The notes under the pieces are model-generated. The model was not told the DNA's origin. It saw only the letters and a list, made by a program, of their open reading frames with translations, and searched no databases. A stretch of DNA of 62,025 bases, the filler included, from Globobulimina sp. (lineage: Eukaryota): the NCBI GenBank assembly GCA_003354225.1. It is 21 parts of 21 records of this genome, joined end to end, with 100 filler letters (N's around TTAATTAATTAA, not from the genome) between each part and the next. Parts side by side here need not be neighbours in the genome. Positions count along the whole stretch, not along the records: positions 59,170 to 62,025 come from PIVH01004606.1; 20 more parts are not named here. One strand, given 5' to 3'. Positions 59,170 through 62,025 of the stretch are shown one piece after another (the stretch's first letter is position 1; the number at the start of each line of letters is the position of its first letter). Made by a program: the position numbers and the translations under genes.

Positions 59170-60282
59170 GCTTTGCTGTTCGCCCCAGGAACAGCCGGGC
59201 ATTCCGAGCAAGTGCAAACAGAGACATTAGTGCCAATTTGTATTTGCGGTCAAGAGTTATTAAAGACGAATGCCAGAGTGTATGGAGAAGAGAGTGGGGG
59301 CGTTATCTGCGATAACTGTCGGTATCATTGTACAGGTTATGACATTGTGTATCATTGTGCGCGAAAGCGTGACGCTCCAGAACATAAAGGTGGCTTTGAT
59401 TTGTGTGATAAATGTGCCATGAAGCAGGTGTGATTTTGTCTTACTTGAGTAAAAAACTTGACTGTGCAAGAAAATGATGAAAATTAAAGCTTGTCTGTGT
59501 GTGTGTTTTAGAACAGAAAAATACGTACCAACTGGTTGAGCGATTTATTCGAAGATATGATTGTAACAATTGCTCGTTTTGCAATTAATAAACGGCCGTC
59601 GTCCGTCATGAGATTAAAAAATATAAATAAATATTGGTATCAGGCATTGAATCCAAATAAACCAAATGTAAATGCATTGTGGCAGTATAATATATGCCGT
59701 CCGCTGTTCCAGCATATTCCAAAGGATTTGAAAATTAAACGATGGGATAGATTTTATCAATATAGGTATCAATCTATATTTTGGTATAGGAAAAAGCATA
59801 AAATCACCGCTAAAATTAATAAAAAATTAGTGTATAAAAAATATCAAATGATTGAAAATTGCATGCATGATATTAAGGAAATAAATGCATTTTATCGGGA
59901 TCCATATTCATTTGAAATGGATGATGATTCTGTTAAAGTTAGAAAAAAAGGTAAAAAAAAGGCCATCAATAAACACGAAGATGAGAAAGATTTATATGAT
60001 GGATATTTTGATGCACAATTTGGAAGTCATGGATTGCCGCCGGGATATAAATGGAAATTGAAATGTCCAGTTTTAGCGTTAGGATTAAAAAAAAAAGGAG
60101 ATGATAAATATCATTGTGGTGTTTGTAAGAAAAATGTGTATATTGTTGAGAATGCAGAGGAGATGGCGCAAAGAGTGGCAATGGGACAATGTGTACAGTA
60201 TACAATGAGTGGGAAACCGAGTAAGCACGAAATAAAACCAATCGACAGTCATCAATATCCAACACCAAGAGCACGAAAATAA
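59170..60282 (+). CDS. Zn-finger + F-box-like + C-terminal Cys-rich domain protein, 2 exons (5' truncated)
   Basis: CICG..CDNC..YHC..GFDLCDKC; LFEDMIVTIARF..LKNINKYW; LKCP..HCGVCKKNVY..GQCV. Confidence 0.65.
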
Positions 60283-60364
60283 CATTGTCGTAAAAAACTT
60301 TTTCTAGTTTCCAACGATCATCAAACAAAATTAAAAGTAACATAATTTTGTGATTGAATTAGTT

Positions 60365-62025
60365 TTATAATGTTTGATAGGGTCCATAATATCCGTGATA
60401 TGTATTGCTTGCCATCCAACATGCACAATCAGACGAATTTACATTTGACGGACACAGATCCTTTACACCTTTCTCATTGTTTGCATAATAGCCTTTCTTT
60501 ACTTGCTCAAACCTCGTCATCATTTGTTGTACAATCTCAGTTTGCTCATTTGCAATATTATTATGTTCAGAAATATCTGCAACCACATCAAATAAACATG
60601 GCGCGTTCACACAATCCAACTTAGCGGGATCTATCCGATGTTGCGGTGTCGACGCATTTGGATAATAAGGTCCTTTATAATTGTCATGATCACCATACAC
60701 ATTCCAGATACTATGTAACATATAATATACCTCCCCATGAAGCAAGACCAACCGATGTGCCATTAATTAACTTATAGTTGCCTTGGATGAATGCATTTTT
60801 ATCAATGGCTACTTCATACCGCGGCGATGTCGAATTTATTCCAGCTATCAAATCCCAAACATCCCAAGAATCAATGGGCGGCAATCCCGCTTTGGCCGCT
60901 CTTGTATCTGTCGCATCGATTCCATTCAACGCACAAAACTGTAAAACATGCCATATGATATCAAAAAGGATGGAGTGGAACAATTTATTTGTTTGACTGA
61001 ACTGTTGCATACCAATCAGCAATGTGAACCATTCCATTTTCCACCTGTCCTCTGCGAGCATTTGGTAACAAGCCGCCAGCCACAAAAGTTGCAGTCCGCA
61101 CTCCGCCCTCAAATGGCACAAACTTGCCACCTCTCAGAGGGAAATTATTCGAGCCGGAGTTATTGTTCTCCGCACCACCATTATCTCCAGTAAATACAAG
61201 CAATGTGTCCTCCCACAAAGCATTAGTTTTCAGCAAAGCTGTGATGTTTCCAACAATAACGTCGAGTAAGTTGATCATACCTTGATAGATGCCTCGACAA
61301 TGATAATTGTCAATGGATGTATTGAAGCTCGGATAGACTTCGCCACCCGTCCCACCACACAGATTTTCGTCATTATCAAAGGGGATATAATACTCTTTCG
61401 GAACTTGCAATGGAGTGTGTCCAATATGCGGCGCATAGACCAGGAACAAAGGAGTGTCCGCATCATGATTATTGATAACGTCGTACACCGCATTCGCAAA
61501 TATAAACTCTTCATAAATGGTAGAATTTACACCAAAAGCAGGCTGTGTGGTGTTCCATAAATCAATCGTGTTCTGGCAGGGTCCCTGTGTTTCAGTCCAA
61601 TAATCATTGGTATGCTGCAAATAGCCAATGGATGTGTCATATCCTCTGCCGTGAGGTGTTTGTTCCTGAACTGTCATGCCAGCGTCCCATTTGCTGTCAA
61701 ATTGCATATGACAAAGTCCAATGAGTTTGATCTAATGTTGTATAGACAGACAGTGTAATATTTACTGTACATACCCTACAAAATGAGTGGAATATTTTGC
61801 TTGTTTTAATTTCGTGGCTAAGCACGTGTAGTTAATAGGGACACCACTGTAAGCGTTGTTAGCTGAAAGTGCATTGTTTAGATTGCAATGAACGGGAAGG
61901 CGTCCGGATTGAAAACTACTTCTTGTCGGACTGCAGGAATAATGAACATAATGTCTATCTAATATTAAACCATCGGCAGCCAATGAATCGATTACAGAAG
62001 GATCGTTTATATTATTTACTTGAAT
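60365..62025 (-). CDS. Arylsulfatase (ARSB/I/J-like), multi-exon (5' truncated)
   Basis: CSPTRSSFQSGR (CxPxR), THFVG|KWDAG, HTPLQVP, FTGDNGG, PLRGGK..EGGVR, HIADWYAT. Confidence 0.95.

Noticed and set aside
1-62025. Genome-wide alternative genetic code
   Set aside because: Conserved genes translate cleanly with the standard code and end at TAA, TAG or TGA; breaks are explained by short introns.

Overview
This window is not contiguous DNA. It is 21 unrelated contigs of about 2.85 kb, joined by 20 artificial 100-nt spacers (N44-TTAATTAATTAA-N44), so neighbourhood only has meaning within a contig. The DNA is eukaryotic nuclear: AT-rich, very gene-dense, with short (mostly 50-70 nt) GT-AG introns. 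The expanded gene families suggest a protist, most plausibly a foraminiferan/rhizarian (inference, not proven). Recognisable genes include an SLC35F-like transporter, a PLS-type PPR protein, tRNA-Sec, a CHD-like/FYR chromatin protein, a quinone oxidoreductase, a USP, two TLC proteins, YjbQ, BTB, spinster-type MFS, F-box/LRR, a Ubl-RBR E3, VHS/GAT, Ap4A phosphorylase, a C-type lectin, alkaline phosphatase, a sulfotransferase pseudogene, Zn2Cys6, an H1/AT-hook protein, GnT-I and an arylsulfatase. There are also two non-LTR retrotransposons and several fold-back/MITE-like elements. Best leads: (1) a single-chain serine palmitoyltransferase in LCB1-LCB2 order, the reverse of the known coccolithovirus-type fusion; (2) a 165-nt tRNA-shaped structured element 8 nt upstream of tRNA-Sec; (3) a contig with an exact 101-nt terminal overlap, i.e. 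a 2,759-bp circle or collapsed tandem unit; (4) a recurrent modular SPRY-like / F-box-like / Zn-finger protein family; (5) extremely short intergenic spacing. All domain calls come from motif recognition by eye; no searches were run.
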